Shown here: positions 49,756-62,781 of the stretch, one piece after another | Layout: every line of letters starts with the position of its first letter | Numbering within the stretch: the first letter of the stretch is position 1 | Source of the DNA: Podarcis vaucheri | Taxonomy: Eukaryota | Strand: one strand, 5' to 3' | NCBI GenBank assembly: GCA_965113315.1 | Contig: OZ220369.1 | DNA length: 64,000 nt | Position numbers and translations under genes: made by a program | Notes under the pieces: model-generated | What the model was told of the DNA's origin: nothing | Databases searched by the model: none | Seen by the model: only the letters and a program-made list of their open reading frames with translations

Positions 49756-50253
49756 TGTGGCGTTTGCCCTCCTAGGTATGTGACATCATACTGGGGTCAT
49801 AAGGAAAGGGTTAACTAATGGTAAAATGACTAACCAATGGGAACCCAAGGGGAGGACTTAGGAGTTAGAGTTAGGGTGGTTGAGAAGACAGTCTGCAGTT
49901 AGAAGAGACAGAGAGGATAAGTCTGTGGGTTGGGCTAGACTGATGTGTGAGAGTGAGAGAATTTGTTAAGAGGAGTCAGTCAAACAGTTGAGATAATCAG
50001 TCGGAAGGTATTAGGAAGGTGTAGGCCGGTAAAGAAACTAAAGTTAAGATACTGACAGGAATATTATCTGGGAAACCATAAACTCGTTAATGTTTATAAA
50101 ATAAACTTGTTTATTTGGTTCAATTTTAACAACTGCCTGGACTCAGTGTTTTACCCGAGAGTAACGGGTTGGTGGCAGCGGGGAAGTGAGCACAGTGGTG
50201 GCACAGGGATCAATAGACCGTTAAACGTCCGGGGGCCCTGTGTGATCGCCACA
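49756..50253 (+). mobile_element. Solo LTR
   Basis: 7-bp inverted termini TGTGGCG / CGCCACA, about 500 bp, CCAAT (about 49834), AATAAA (50100-50105), 4-bp flanks GGGA / GAGA. Confidence 0.8.
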
Positions 50254-50330
50254 GAGAGCCAAGGCGATTGAGATCCAAGTTACGACTGTACTCCTAATTA
50301 CAGACAGTGGTGGCGTTTGAATATATCAAG

Positions 50331-50518
50331 GGAACGGTCCATAGTTCAGTGGCAGAGAATCTGCTTTTCATGCGGAAGGTCCCATTTTCAATCCCTGGAA
50401 TCTCCAGATAGGCCTGGGAAAAGGTCTCCTGTCTGAAACTCTTGGAAGCCACTTCTGAGACAGTACTGAACTAGGTAGACTAGTGGTCTTCCTCAGTAGA
50501 AGGCAGTTCCCTATGTTG
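50331..50518 (+). mobile_element. tRNA-derived SINE (Squam2-like)
   Basis: CCATAGTTCAGTGGCAGAG...GAAGGTCCCA...TCAATCCCTGG head; GGCAGTTCCCTATGTT tail. Confidence 0.7.
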
Positions 50519-51369
50519 AAATGTTGTATCTGGCTGGGCAAAAAAAGAAATGAAGAAGATTCTGAGGAATCAAGGTCTGTTTCACATATCAGATCATTCC
50601 AAAGAGGTACATCTCCATATTCCTCATGGGTACCCATGTCTTAAACATATATCTCTGAAATAATTTGCATTGGTTTCAATAATATATACAGCCAAGTATG
50701 GATGTTTATGATTGCAGCCTTAATTAAGATTTTAATTTAGGATCGTATCCTATTTTTAAATCTCTAGCTGCTGCAAAAATGGCATGCCTATTTTTCATAA
50801 CAGAGATAAATAACAGGATACCTTCCTGATCTATCTGCCTGGTAGGAAGGCTTGCCACCTGTTCTTATTTCAAAGATTAGTGCCTTGTTTAGTATTGAAA
50901 TATAACACCCCTGTTGAAGTGAATATGTTGATTTAATACATATGAAGAATCGTATATTCTAGCAAAGTACAGTGAATGTCTTGACATGGGTAATAGTTAT
51001 TTTCTTATGGTCTTACAATGCATTCCTTATTTTTGGTGTCTTTAGGTGGCAACACTATATGCATGTTCTGAGTAGGTGGAAAGGTTTGGCTAAAAAGGTG
51101 CCTAACAGAAATTCAGAAGAAGCTTTTCCTACCCTGAAGGTGCAGAGATCAATATTTCATGTCTGTTCTCAGAAGGCCTAGCAGACTCATGGTAGCCACT
51201 CTAGACGCCAAGTTGTATCAGAGGGGACTTAAGAAATAGTTTTGTAAATTTGTCACTATGGGCCAGGGGCCAGGTAGTGATCAATGCTTCACTGGAGCAG
51301 AGGGAAGTACCATGCTCCTCAGACTTAGAAGTACTACATAACTATAGCTTAGTAGTGAATATGGGAGGG

Positions 51370-51950
51370 GCAAGACACTTGAGAGGGTGATAGCGGCACA
51401 GCTTCAGGCATGCTTGGAATAAACCAATTACTTGGATCCACTCCAGTCTGGCTTCAGACCGGTCATGGCAATGAAGCCATGTTTGATGACCTTCGTCAGG
51501 AGAGAGATGTCAGGAATGCAACCCTGCACAGACTCTTCTATCTATCGGTGGCTTTCAATACTGTTGACCATAGAGCATCTCAGGGACATTGAGATTGGAG
51601 CACTGGACCTCAATGATTCTGCTCCTATCTCCAGGGCCATTGGCAGAAATTAGTTATGGAACGTCCAGTGCCATGGGAGATATCTTGTAGTGTCCCACAG
51701 AGTTCTATCTTGTCCCCCATGCTATTTAACATCTAAATGAAGCCCCAGGGAGCTGTCATCAGGAGATTTGGCATGAGCTGTCATCAATATGAGGATGACA
51801 CCAAGATTTCTCTCTCTGTTCTACCTGAATCTGGGGAGGTTAGACCCGTGCCTGGAGGCAGTGATGGACTGGATGTGACTCTGTAAATTGAAGCTGAATC
51901 CTGAAAAAATAGGGGTGTTATGTGTCTCAAGTTCTCAAATCCAGAAGGCG
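51370..51950 (+). pseudogene. Highly degenerate L2 reverse transcriptase fragment
   Basis: Remnants of LDPLQSGFRP, AFNTVDH, VPQSSILSPMLFNI and HQYEDDT with frameshifts. Confidence 0.75.
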
Positions 51951-52869
51951 GGGTTTCCCTTGGCCCTTGACCTGGAAAAGGTTCCCTACGCCTGGTCTTC
52001 ACCGACTGGCAGCAGTTGTCCAGGATTTCAGACAGGGAATCTTTCCCAGCCCTACCTGGTGATGCTGGAGGCTGAGCTACCACCTTCATGCAAAGAAGAT
52101 GCTCTACCAGTTTGTCAAAATAACAATAGTGGGGAATATGAATGCAGACAAAGGGGGAAATGGCACTACATTCCTCATTAAGGAAAATGCTCCTGGCTGC
52201 CTCTGTGTCACTCTACAGCAAGAGTCATTTAATAAGGTTGTTTTGGCAACGTGTTGTAAACTATTCATCATGCTGCTGGTCCCCATGATGATCTTTGTTT
52301 GCTGAAGCATCATTAGAGGACCATGCGCTCGCACCACTTTCTATGTAGCAAGGGATTAAAAGTATTTAAATCCATGGGTCCTTCACATCCCTTCCCCTGA
52401 ACAGACTCAAATCAAGATATGTGAAAAAATTTGAATGGAGAAACACTGACAAGTATCTCCCTTTGCTTATCCCATAAAGGCTTTGGACCAAAGGAGCATC
52501 AGAGAAGACTGACAAGCATAGACAGATAATGCTTCTCTCCCCCCCTCCCCGCAGCTTAAAAAATATCAATCTATAATCATCTTGAGCTCACACAGTGGAG
52601 CTAGGAGAGCAAAGAGCGGAAATCAATGGGAAAAGCAGTCTCAGTTTTGTTCAAAGGCTTAAGAAATGTCTTTGAATGGAGAAGAATGTCTTTAGAAATT
52701 GTGTAGAAGACAAAACTAATATGCAACCCTCATGCGTCAGTGTGGTGTGGATAGATAGAGTGTTGAACTTAAGAGCCGTAAAGCCCAGGCTCACTTATAA
52801 AGTCCGTAGACCTGAGATTGAGAACCTCAGCCCTTGGAACTCTCCTCAAGCCACACACTGTCTCAAGTA

Positions 52870-52871
52870 AT

Positions 52872-52928
<57 letters not shown>

Positions 52929-53019
52929 CATTGCACCTTCCTTCCTTCAGTGTTTTGGCTTGGTTGGAAAATGACCTTGAACACATAGTGCTTCTTGCTT
53001 TCCTTGATGCTTATGTTTG

Positions 53020-53062
<43 letters not shown>
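52870..53062. repeat. (CA)n/(AG)n microsatellite cluster
   Basis: Direct observation: (AG)n at 52882-52923 and (CA)n at 53033-53062. Confidence 0.9.
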
Positions 53063-53064
<2 letters not shown>

Positions 53065-55986
53065 CATACCTCAAAAGGTGGTTTTGAAGGAAAAATAGAA
53101 GAGGAGGACTCATGTGTGCTGCCCTAGGCTCCAAGAAGCCAGCATGGTTCTCATGGCTAGTTGCGCAACAGGTTGTTGTAGCCCTGATAGTTTCTGTTGT
53201 ATAACCTATTGCACAACCAGCTTCCACTAGTTGTTGCGCTGGGTTTCATATTGCGCGATCATTATTCTCACCCTTATGCTAGCACAACATCCCTTGTGCT
53301 GGTGGTCAGGGGCGTAGGAAGGGGGGGCAATGGGGGCAGGCCGCCCTGGGTGTCATCCTTGAGGGGGGGTGACAAAAAGGCCCACCACTGCTGGTGGTCA
53401 GAGAATTCTGGATCTGGGCCTGAGGTTCCCTCTCCCTACTTCAGATGTAGTCGTTTCCCTGCCCCCACCTTTTTCTGGTCATCTCCTGAAGGTTATGTGA
53501 AGGAAGACACACACACACCCTCTTCCATTTCCTCCTGCAGTCTTCTAGTTTGTAGAGCTCTGAGAAAATATTCCCTTTAATCCTTGGATTACACAGAATT
53601 GTTCTACTGTATGTGATTGCACTTCTACTGGAAGTTCAGAAAAGCCTTCTGAAGCTGTTTGAATTCCAAAATGTCAAATTCGTTACTTGGCAAGCTCAGA
53701 GCTTACATGGGGGTATTAGCAGAATAGCTTTGATTCAATATCATCAGTCAAGTCAGCTAAGTGACATGGTAGTGGGGGTTTCCCCCCCCCCGGCCTGCTG
53801 AAATATTTCCATATTCTCAATATAAGTACCAGTCTCATCTTGACATCCTCCTGTTTTTCTAAAATAAAATAAAGATGGGGGGATGGATTTTTTTAAAAAA
53901 AGTTAATCTAGTAAATACTCTGCTGTCGTTGATTAAAATGAAAGGTGTACTGTATGTGTGAGGTTGTACTGAATAGTTCTGGAGCATGGGCAGATGGCAC
54001 ATGATGGCTGGATGGGCAGCTGCAGCTGTGATTCCAGCATTGCAGGGGGTTGGACTAGATGACCCTTGGCACCCCTTCCAACTCTACAGTTCTATGATTC
54101 TGTGATGCACCCAGGAACCCTGCTGAATCTAAGTCAGGAGCGAAATCCTGACCACATCCCCCAACCCCAGCCTTCTAGCTATAGGGGTATTAGTAGACTG
54201 CCTCTGAACCTGAAGCTCTATGGAATCATCCTATATTCTGTTTCAGAATCTGTTCTCTGAGTGGCGTTGTCTATGTAGTCAAAGCAGCAGCACAAAATAT
54301 AGGATGCATGAGGGGGGCGTTTCTGCGGACTCAGGGGAACTCCAAGATCTGCAGAAGTAGAAGAAGACAAAGAAGAAGAACTCTAAGGAATGGGGTTGGT
54401 CATGTGCTGTGCCCACCATAGACTGACCATCAAGAGGGGGGAAACTGGAAGCTGGGGAGAGGGGGAATGGAGTGGTTGGGAAAGGAGGCAGGATAAAGCA
54501 GCACATAGGTATTAAAGGAGTAGGGAGAACTCTCTCATTGTCTTGGCAAGTCATTTCCTGGTTCACACAGAGAAGCTACCACAGGTATGGAAGAAAAAGC
54601 TGCCTATAGAAATCAATGGATGTTAATGTAGCTGGCACTGGGCACCTGGGTACCCACCCCATCTCGGGGGGGGGAGGCAACCTCAGAATGAAGTGAACAT
54701 GAAAGGGGGAGGCTAATAGAACTCAGTCCGGATTGACCATGCTCACTGCCACTCAAGGTTTGGTCCCTGCAATTATTAATGTCGATTAGGATTGCTACTG
54801 CATCCATAAGCTCAAAGGAATAAATACTGTTTTGCTAATCTTACTCATCACTCTAATGGTGACTAATTTTTTTCCCATTTGACAGCAAATGGGCTAAGAC
54901 CTTCAGCTTGCTCTTGACAGGTAAGGTCAAGATGGTGTGTGGAGTCTTCTTGCGAATTGTGGGGCCGCTAAGATTCAACGTGAAGGGGAACAAATGTGTT
55001 AAAAAATTATAGTAGGCAACATGTCCTGTGTGTATGTTCAAAGAGTGGAAATCAGATTGCAACTTACACATCCTTTCTTAAGCCTCAACCAATTTAGATG
55101 AGCTTGTATAGTCCTGAGTAGCAGCTCAGAATGTAATCTGTGTATTGGGAAGTGAAGCCTCCACTAGTCTGCAGTTGAGATCTTGCCTCTGCCATTAACT
55201 CATGGGCTTAGTTAACTAGGAATGGAAGCAAAACACACCAAAATGCAGGGCTGACTCCTTCTATTAGGCAGGATGAGACAGCTGCCTCAGCTGACAGAAC
55301 TGCACGCACCATATGGCAGGGGTGGGTTTTGGTCAGTGCCAGATTTATGTATAGGCTAAGTAGGCTGAAGCCTAGGACCTCTAAATCTAGGGGGCCTCAC
55401 CAGCCTGTCTGCTCCCCAGTGCTGCAGTCTCCCCTCTCCCAAAATTGTAAACCCAAGACTTCATGCAAGGGCAGGGCAACTCAGACCCAGCAACTATGAG
55501 ACTCAGGGCTAGCCAGTGGGGCCCAATTTGAAGCAGTGGGGCGCATTTTTTTTTTTGTAGGGCCCCAGTTCACAGCCAAAGTCTGCTAAATCTTGTAGAT
55601 ATAAATAAAATCCATCTAGATTGCCCTGGTGCAGGAGCAGCCCGCGGGGCCCAAGTTCGACCAATTGCTCCAGTTGCCTTAAGGTCAGCCCTGATGAGAC
55701 TGTGGACTAACAACTGACAGCTGAGCTGTTGTTAGTAACTCAGAGAAGGTTTGGGAACCTTCAAGCTTTTGCACCTCCTGGGCTAGCCTGTAGCTCTCAG
55801 ATGCTCCCCCATTCCCAGTGTGGAAGTGAACTTGGTGGACTTGGAACTGCCACCCATGGAGCTGCTTTGAGCCTTCTGAGCTGGAAAGGTTCAAAGGGTT
55901 AAGCAAAGAGATCATTGATCAAGGACTCGGAAGGTGAAGGAAGCTAACTCATTGAGTGAATGCTGCATTGCATGTGCATGTGCATA

Positions 55987-55988
<2 letters not shown>

Positions 55989-56033
<45 letters not shown>

Positions 56034-57185
56034 TTATTTATATCCCGCCTTTCCCAGCCGAAGCTGGGCTCAGAGCAGCTAACAACAGTAAAGAGATGGG
56101 AGTTGCCCCCCCCATCCCATATTGTCCCGACCCAGCCAAAGGACCTCTGTCTTCAAAGGATTTAACTTCAATTGGCTCCCACATAATCATCCAGCCACAG
56201 CTTTCAAACATCTGATCAGTGTGTCTGGGGCTGAGTCAGGATGGCCATCCATCAACAGATAGAGTTGGGTGTCATCAGCATACTGATGGCAGCCCAGCCC
56301 AAAACTCTGGACAAGCTGGGTGAGGGGGCGCATAAAGATGTTGAAAAGCATTGGGGAGAGTGTCACACCCTGCAGCACTCTACACACCAAGGAGTGGCGC
56401 GACAACAGTTCCCCCCCAAGTACCACCCTCTGTCCCCGACCAGAGAGAAACGAGCGCTGCCTTTGAAGGATTGTGCCCTGGATCCCCACGTCAGCAAGGC
56501 GGTGGTCCAGGAGTTCATGATCGACCATGTCAAAGGCTGCTGATTCTAAAAGAATCAGCAGCCCTGACCTGCCTCGATCCAGCTGCCTATGGAGATCATC
56601 TGTTAGGGCGACCAGAGCCGTCTCAGTCCCATGACCAGAGCGGAAGCCAGGTTGGAATGGATCCAGAGCTGATGTTTCACTCAGAAACCCACCAAGCTGT
56701 TCAGCAACTCTCTCAATCACCTTACCCAGGAACGGAAGATTCAAAACCGGGCGGTAATTGGATAGAACTAAAGGATCTAATGATGTTTTCTTTAAGAGCG
56801 GGCACACCACTGCCTCCTTCAATTTCCCTGAAAATGTCCTGGTGCCAAGGGACAAATTGATGATATCCCCTAGGGGGGCCCACACCTCGTCTGGACACGC
56901 TCTAATCAGCCAGGACGGACATGGGTCAAGAGGACAGGTGGTGGGCTTTCCAGCTCGGAGGAATCTGTCCACATCAGCTGGGGATATCTGGTCACAGTGG
57001 TCCAATACTGGACCCGAGGACAGTCGAGGGGCCTCCAGTTCCGTTATTGTATCCAAATTGGCAGGGAGGTCATGGCGGAGCAACAGAATGTGGTGTGTGC
57101 CTCCTTTGAGTGTGTCTGCTCTTTCTACAGCACCCATTTCCTCACTGCTCAGCCGCTTCACCAAGCTTCTTCACAAGTTCCACTT
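55989..57185 (-). pseudogene. L2 LINE fragment with RT domain (ORF 56187-57164) and 3' tail; internally deleted
   Basis: Motifs PTTCPLDPCPSWL, NYRPVLNLPFLGKVIER, QPGFRSGHGTETALV, AFDMVDH, QGVTLSPMLFNIFM, YADDTQLY; (ATT)n tail at 55989-56033. Confidence 0.92.
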
Positions 57186-59125
57186 AAACATAGGCACGAG
57201 CTGTGTGAAAGATCGTGTGCTTGTTGATTTGTAAAACCCAACTGTTGTGGATACAGATGCAAGGACTGTATACTTGCTGAACAGTGATAGGAATAACTGT
57301 GCACAGCTCGAATATGTGTGTGCACTCTTGAAAGCAATGTATGAGCACCCCTACATCCAAGCTGGATACTGGGAGATGAAGAACGCAGAGAAGGGAGGTC
57401 TTATGAGTGTTTTTGTTTGTGTGGGTTGTTCCGTGTGTGTGTGTGCTTTGCATGAGAGACAAATGAATGTGGGTGGCCACACCCAGTGGTGGCTTGCAGG
57501 CCTCAGAGGGTTGTTCAACTGGGAATGTAGCCCCTTCCACTGAAAAGGGTCAGCAGCCCTAGTTTCATTCAATCCACATTTGGGCAGCTGCATATTCCTG
57601 CAATGCAGGGGGTCGTCCTCAGGACCCCTTCCAACAAGTCTATGATGAATCTGAAGAAATTTTGAACCACATGAAACCTACTGTAGACATTCTTACTATT
57701 AGTTATGTGTCATTAATGCATAGTTTGTACAACATTCTTTCTTTACCTTGAAAGCATCAGGCAAAGTGGTCCTCCTGAATATTTTAACATATTAGGGGGG
57801 GGGAATAGTTTTATAAAAATGTTTACTGAGGATTAAGTGGAATGTGAGCATATGCTTCTGTTAGCTGATAATCCTTTTAAGGAGATTAAAATTAATGCAG
57901 GGAATGACATTCCTTTATAAACTGTTGAACAAATAATTTCTCACCTAAGGGTTTTGTGCTGGCAAAGCACCCCTTTAAAAACTGCCCATTAAGTGCAGAG
58001 TTGGATAAAGAGAAAGCTTTTGTTTGTGTTATTTTCACTTAACCCTGATTGGTGATCTTTTCATTTAAGGATTTTCACAGTTTCCTCTCTACCACCCAAA
58101 AGGCAGAGAAAGGTGCTAGGAGGGGAGACCTTGGTATGTACTAATCTGGATGACTGTTAATCATAGAAAGAGCTGGTTGCTCAGACTAGAGGAAAAATCC
58201 ATAAGACACAAGCACAGGATTCCAGAGCCTTGACTATATTAGGTCCACTAAAGTGATTTATGAGCAACATAAGAGAGATAATATAACAATGGACTATAAA
58301 ATCAATAGTCATGCCCAGAATGGATTAAATCCTCGGGCAATGTTCGTGCTATGCCTCGTAGCGGGGGATGGGGCCAATCGGACTCCAGGCATGAGTCAAA
58401 TGTTCCTTGAAGTATCCGTGTTTCGCTGGTGCTAAAGAGGTAATGAATGCTCCTGGCTTTGCAGCTCAACATCCTTTGGGATAGAGCACATCATACATTT
58501 CAACACACATCTAAAGCTCAGTATAAGATGACATCCCATGTCCCTGAGGGAATGCAAGTGGCATTAGTGGGAATCCCAGCAGCAAGGGGAGACTCAAGGC
58601 ATTTTGCTGCCTAGAGAGCCATCCCTACCATGAGACAGGATGAAGCAATCACTTCAGGAACCAGGTGCTGAGGAGGGGGCGTAGTGGCTGTAGTCCTCTG
58701 GCCATTCCTCCTGATCCCCAGCTGGTCCTCTCTGTTGGAGGACAGAATTATATGTGACACGTGGCTTGGTCTGGTTTCCTGTGTTAGTCGTCGAGTTAAG
58801 ATTCAGCAACCAGAAAGGGTCTTACGTCCATATAGGATTTTGCTTTTGGGGAATGCCTTTTAGAAAATGTTGTGAATGTGCTATATGGCTTGCCTTCCCC
58901 CAGCTGTATCTTGATTAGAATTATTTAGAAATGTTAAACATGACATTCAACACCTTCATTATCCTCTTCTGAATCCTTTCCAGTTTCTCTGTCACCTGCC
59001 CAAAGTACAGTGTCCAGAAATGGACTCAGCACTGCAGGGAAATCTGACTAGTACAGAATAATGCAGAACTATGACTTCCCATGACTTGGAAACTATGGAT
59101 TGGATCCAAGCTAAGCTAGTTGTTA

Positions 59126-59455
59126 TTTTTTTTTTTTAAGATATTTATTGCAATTTTCTTTAAACAACAGACAAACCACCAAACATATAAAGTACCATCA
59201 CCACAGAAAAATCAAAATAAGATTAGGAAAGATAGACAAAGAATAAAAGAAAAATAGATATAAAATACAGTTGTTCAACAGTCATATTTTCATGATCTTA
59301 AGACTTCCTCACATCTCCCTTCTCTGCGTTCTCAATCACATAGTTATAGACAGCAATTTATTACCTTATTTCAATTCTTATCTTGTCTCAGATATTATGT
59401 CCCAGATTTTAAATAACTTTATCATAAACTAAACTGCTTGATTTGGACATAATAT
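59126..59455 (-). mobile_element. Short 5'-truncated poly(A) retroinsertion (probably L1 3' UTR)
   Basis: Poly(T) run then TTTATT on the + strand (AATAAA plus poly(A) on minus); 19-bp TSD CAAGCTAAGCTAGTTGTTA (59107-59125 and 59456-59474). Confidence 0.85.
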
Positions 59456-61310
59456 CAAGCTAAGCTAGTTGTTAGTTGAACTTGGGATCCCAAGTTAGTT
59501 GTGATTAGTCCACCTCACAGGGCTGTTGTAAGGAATAAAGGGAAGGCAGGGGAAAGGCATGTTTGCTACCCTGAGTTGTCCTTGGAAAGGACATAAAAAA
59601 TCTAGTAAATAAGTAACACTGCTACAGTAATTATGAGATATAAAAGAGATAATAACCAGAAAATTGATCCTTAAAATACACTGGAGTGGGTGGCTTTTTG
59701 TGTGTGTGTTTGCCATAGTATCTCTGAACAGCTCTTTGAATCTTTCTCCTCCACAACTGAACCCTGAAATGGCACCCTTAAGAACAGGATTAATAGAAAT
59801 TAGAGACAAAATGTTCAAGATATAATATTGTATTAGCTTAATAATGCACCTTTCAGAAATATTCTCAGGCAGGAACACAAAGAGACACATTCTTAGTCTG
59901 AAAGTTCTTTCTCTGCTGTATCAAAAGAGCTGTAAATTGAATTTCCAGGTGTGACTTGAAGCAAGTAGACTTCAGAAGGCTTTGTCATCTTTGCACAACT
60001 CCTGTTACAATGACCACCAAGTATTGTTGAGCAAACTGTTGGATCTTTCCATCACCACTCATCAAAGATTTCAGTAAACTTGATTTAAGAAATAGTGAGC
60101 TGAAAGAATATAAAGGAAAATGCATGAATATGGAAAATGCATTCTCTGTGGTTTTCTTTGGGTTGGGTCTACAGCAGAAGTATGCAGCCTTTGTTCTGTG
60201 GAGAGCTACATTCCCTTTGGGATAATCTACATGTTGGCAGTGGGAAGAACCCCAGACTAAAGTGTTCTGGATTAGTCAGTCTACCATAAAGACCCCAAAC
60301 CACCCCCAAACACACACTTTAATTTTCACCTTGACTGACTCAGATTAGAATTCCCAGATTCTATACAAGTTTGATCAGAGGTAAACCCTACTGGATTCAA
60401 TGGGGTTGCTTTCAAATAAGTATATAGAAGATGTATTTTTATCAGTCAGTTGAAATGGAGTGCTTAAAGCTGTATCATAATCTAAGGCAGAAAGTAGGAA
60501 CAACAGACATGAAAGAACCATTGGAGGTTCTGAAACAGAGGATGGATGGCCATCTGTCTGGGATTCTTTAGCTGTGATTCCTGCAATGCGGGGGGGGGGT
60601 TGAGCTACATGACTCTTTGGGTTCCTTCCAACTCTACAATTCTATGCAGATGCAGCTAGGGATTGGGATTTGTCTATGGTTCTCGCAGCATTCTGAAAAG
60701 CATCATCCAAATGAAAAAGGGGGCAGGGGAAATGTAACAAACACCCTCTTCAAATAGTCTCGATGGAGTATTCTGGATGTATATTTAACCTGAGTATTAA
60801 TTGACATGAGCAACTGCAAAACCTCTCTCTTTCATCAAGTCATCCTGTGCTAGGAGTTACCATGACGGCAGGCACAATGGCCACTTATCCAGAGACATCG
60901 GCTTGCATAAATATGACTCCCTTGCACTGAATGGAGGTAATTATGCCAACTTGATTTGCAGCTGCAGACTGAAGCACAAGACCTGGATGCTTGACCAAGA
61001 GGGAGATTAGCATGTTAAGCAACGACTGCAGACTTAATGTCCCTTGTCCACCCCTCCGATTGATTTCAGTCGAGATCTTGGCTGCCATCTTTTGCCTTAC
61101 TGTGATGGTTTCATGCCGGATTCTCTCTCTGCAGGCATATTTATTTTTAAAGAACAGGCTCCTCTGTTTGATTACATTAATAATCCTAAGGCATCATTAA
61201 AAGCACACACACGCCTCATATTTCTGGACTGTTTTTACATTCAAATGTCTCTTTGTACATAATTCATGTCCTAAATACAAAAAAAAAAAAATGAAACTGT
61301 TCCCCTAATC

Positions 61311-61448
61311 CAGCCTTTCTCAACCTGTGGGTCCCCAGATGTTGTTGAACTACAACTCCCATCACCCCTAGCTAGCAAGGCCAGAGATCAGGAATGATGG
61401 GAGTTGTAGTCCAACAACATCTGGGGACCCACAGGTTGAGAACCGCTG
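61311..61448. mobile_element. hAT-type MITE (GGACTACAACTCCCA family)
   Basis: Palindromic; reverse copy of 26740-26876; CCTAATC on both flanks. Confidence 0.85.
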
Positions 61449-61820
61449 CAGCCTAATCCATTGCAACAAAGTGGTGGTAGTGCTCCTAAAGTGCGCTCTG
61501 AATGTTGCCTATACCTCAATCTGAGGAAATATCAGATTGAGGCATTGTGGGGAAAGTGGCCCATAAGCACCTTTTAAAAGTTTAACAGTTTACTACTCCC
61601 CAGAGGAGGAAGAGATGTGCGGTGGAGGAAGGTGACTCCCTACTGAGGGGACAGAGGCAGCAGTGTGTGGAGATAGCAGGATGTTCCAGGAGGTGTGGAA
61701 CTGTCTTCCAAGTGCAAAGATTCACATTGTGACAGATAAGTTTCCAAGTCTTATAAAGTACAGTAACCACAACCCCTTCCTTCTGATTCATGTGAGCACA
61801 AACAATACTGCCAGACACAG

Positions 61821-62768
61821 TCTTCTTCATCCTGGAGAAGAGTGACTAGTGGGGTGCCACAGGGTTCTGTCTTGGGCCCGGTCTTATTCAACATCTTTAT
61901 CAACGACTTGGATGATGGACTCAAGGGCATCCTGATCAAATTTGCAGATGACACCAAACTGGGAGGGGTGGCTAACACCCCAGAGGACAGGATCACACTT
62001 CAAAATGACCTTGACGGATTAGAGAACTGGGCAAAAACAAACAAGATGAATTTTAACAGGGAGAAATGTAAAGTATTGCACTTGGGCAAAAAAAAATGAG
62101 AGGCACAAATACAAGATGGGTGACACCTGGCTTGAGAGCAGTACATGTGAAAAGGATCTAGGAGTCTTGGTTGACCACAAACTTGACATGAGCCAACAGT
62201 GTGACGCGGCAGCTAAAAAAGCCAATGCAATTCTGGGCTGCATCAATAGGAGTATAGCATCTAGATCAAGGGAAGTAATAGTGTCACTGTATTCTGCTCT
62301 GGTCAGACCACACCTGGAGTACTGTGTCCAGTTCTGGGCACCACAATTCAAGAAGGACACTGACAAACTGGAACGTGTCCAGAGGAGGGCAACCAAAATG
62401 GTCAAAGGCCTGGAAATGATGCCTTATGAGGAACGGCTAAGGGAGCTGGGCATGTTTAGCCTGGAGAAGAGGAGGTTAAGGGGTGATATGATAGCCATGT
62501 TCAAATATATAAAAGGATGTCACATAGAGGAGGGGAAAAGGTTGTTTTCTGCTGCTCCAGAGAAGCGGACACGGAGCAATGGATCCAAACTACAAGAAAG
62601 AAGATTCCACCTAAACATTAGGAAGAACTTCCTGACAATAAGAGCTGTTCGACAGTGGAATTTGCTGCCAAGGAGTGTGGTGGAGTCTCCTTCTTCGGAG
62701 GTGCTTGGCAGGGGGTTGGACTCGATGGCCCTTGTGGTCTCTTCCAACTCTATGATTCTATGATTCTA
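61821..62768 (+). mobile_element. Young 5'-truncated CR1 LINE (ORF2 RT C-terminal half)
   Basis: [53 protein letters not shown]; a single frameshift in an A run (about 62088-62097); (TATGATTC)n tail. Confidence 0.95.
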
Positions 62769-62781
62769 TATACAGTAGGAA

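Noticed and set aside
56187-57164. 325-aa RT ORF as a domesticated gene or active element
   Set aside because: Conserved motifs are damaged (LLESAAFD, VLQG), the endonuclease is missing and the 3' part is deleted; an ordinary L2 relic.
26740-61448. Inverted near-identical MITE pair 35 kb apart as ends of a giant composite transposon
   Set aside because: High-copy dispersed family; the outer flanks share no TSD.
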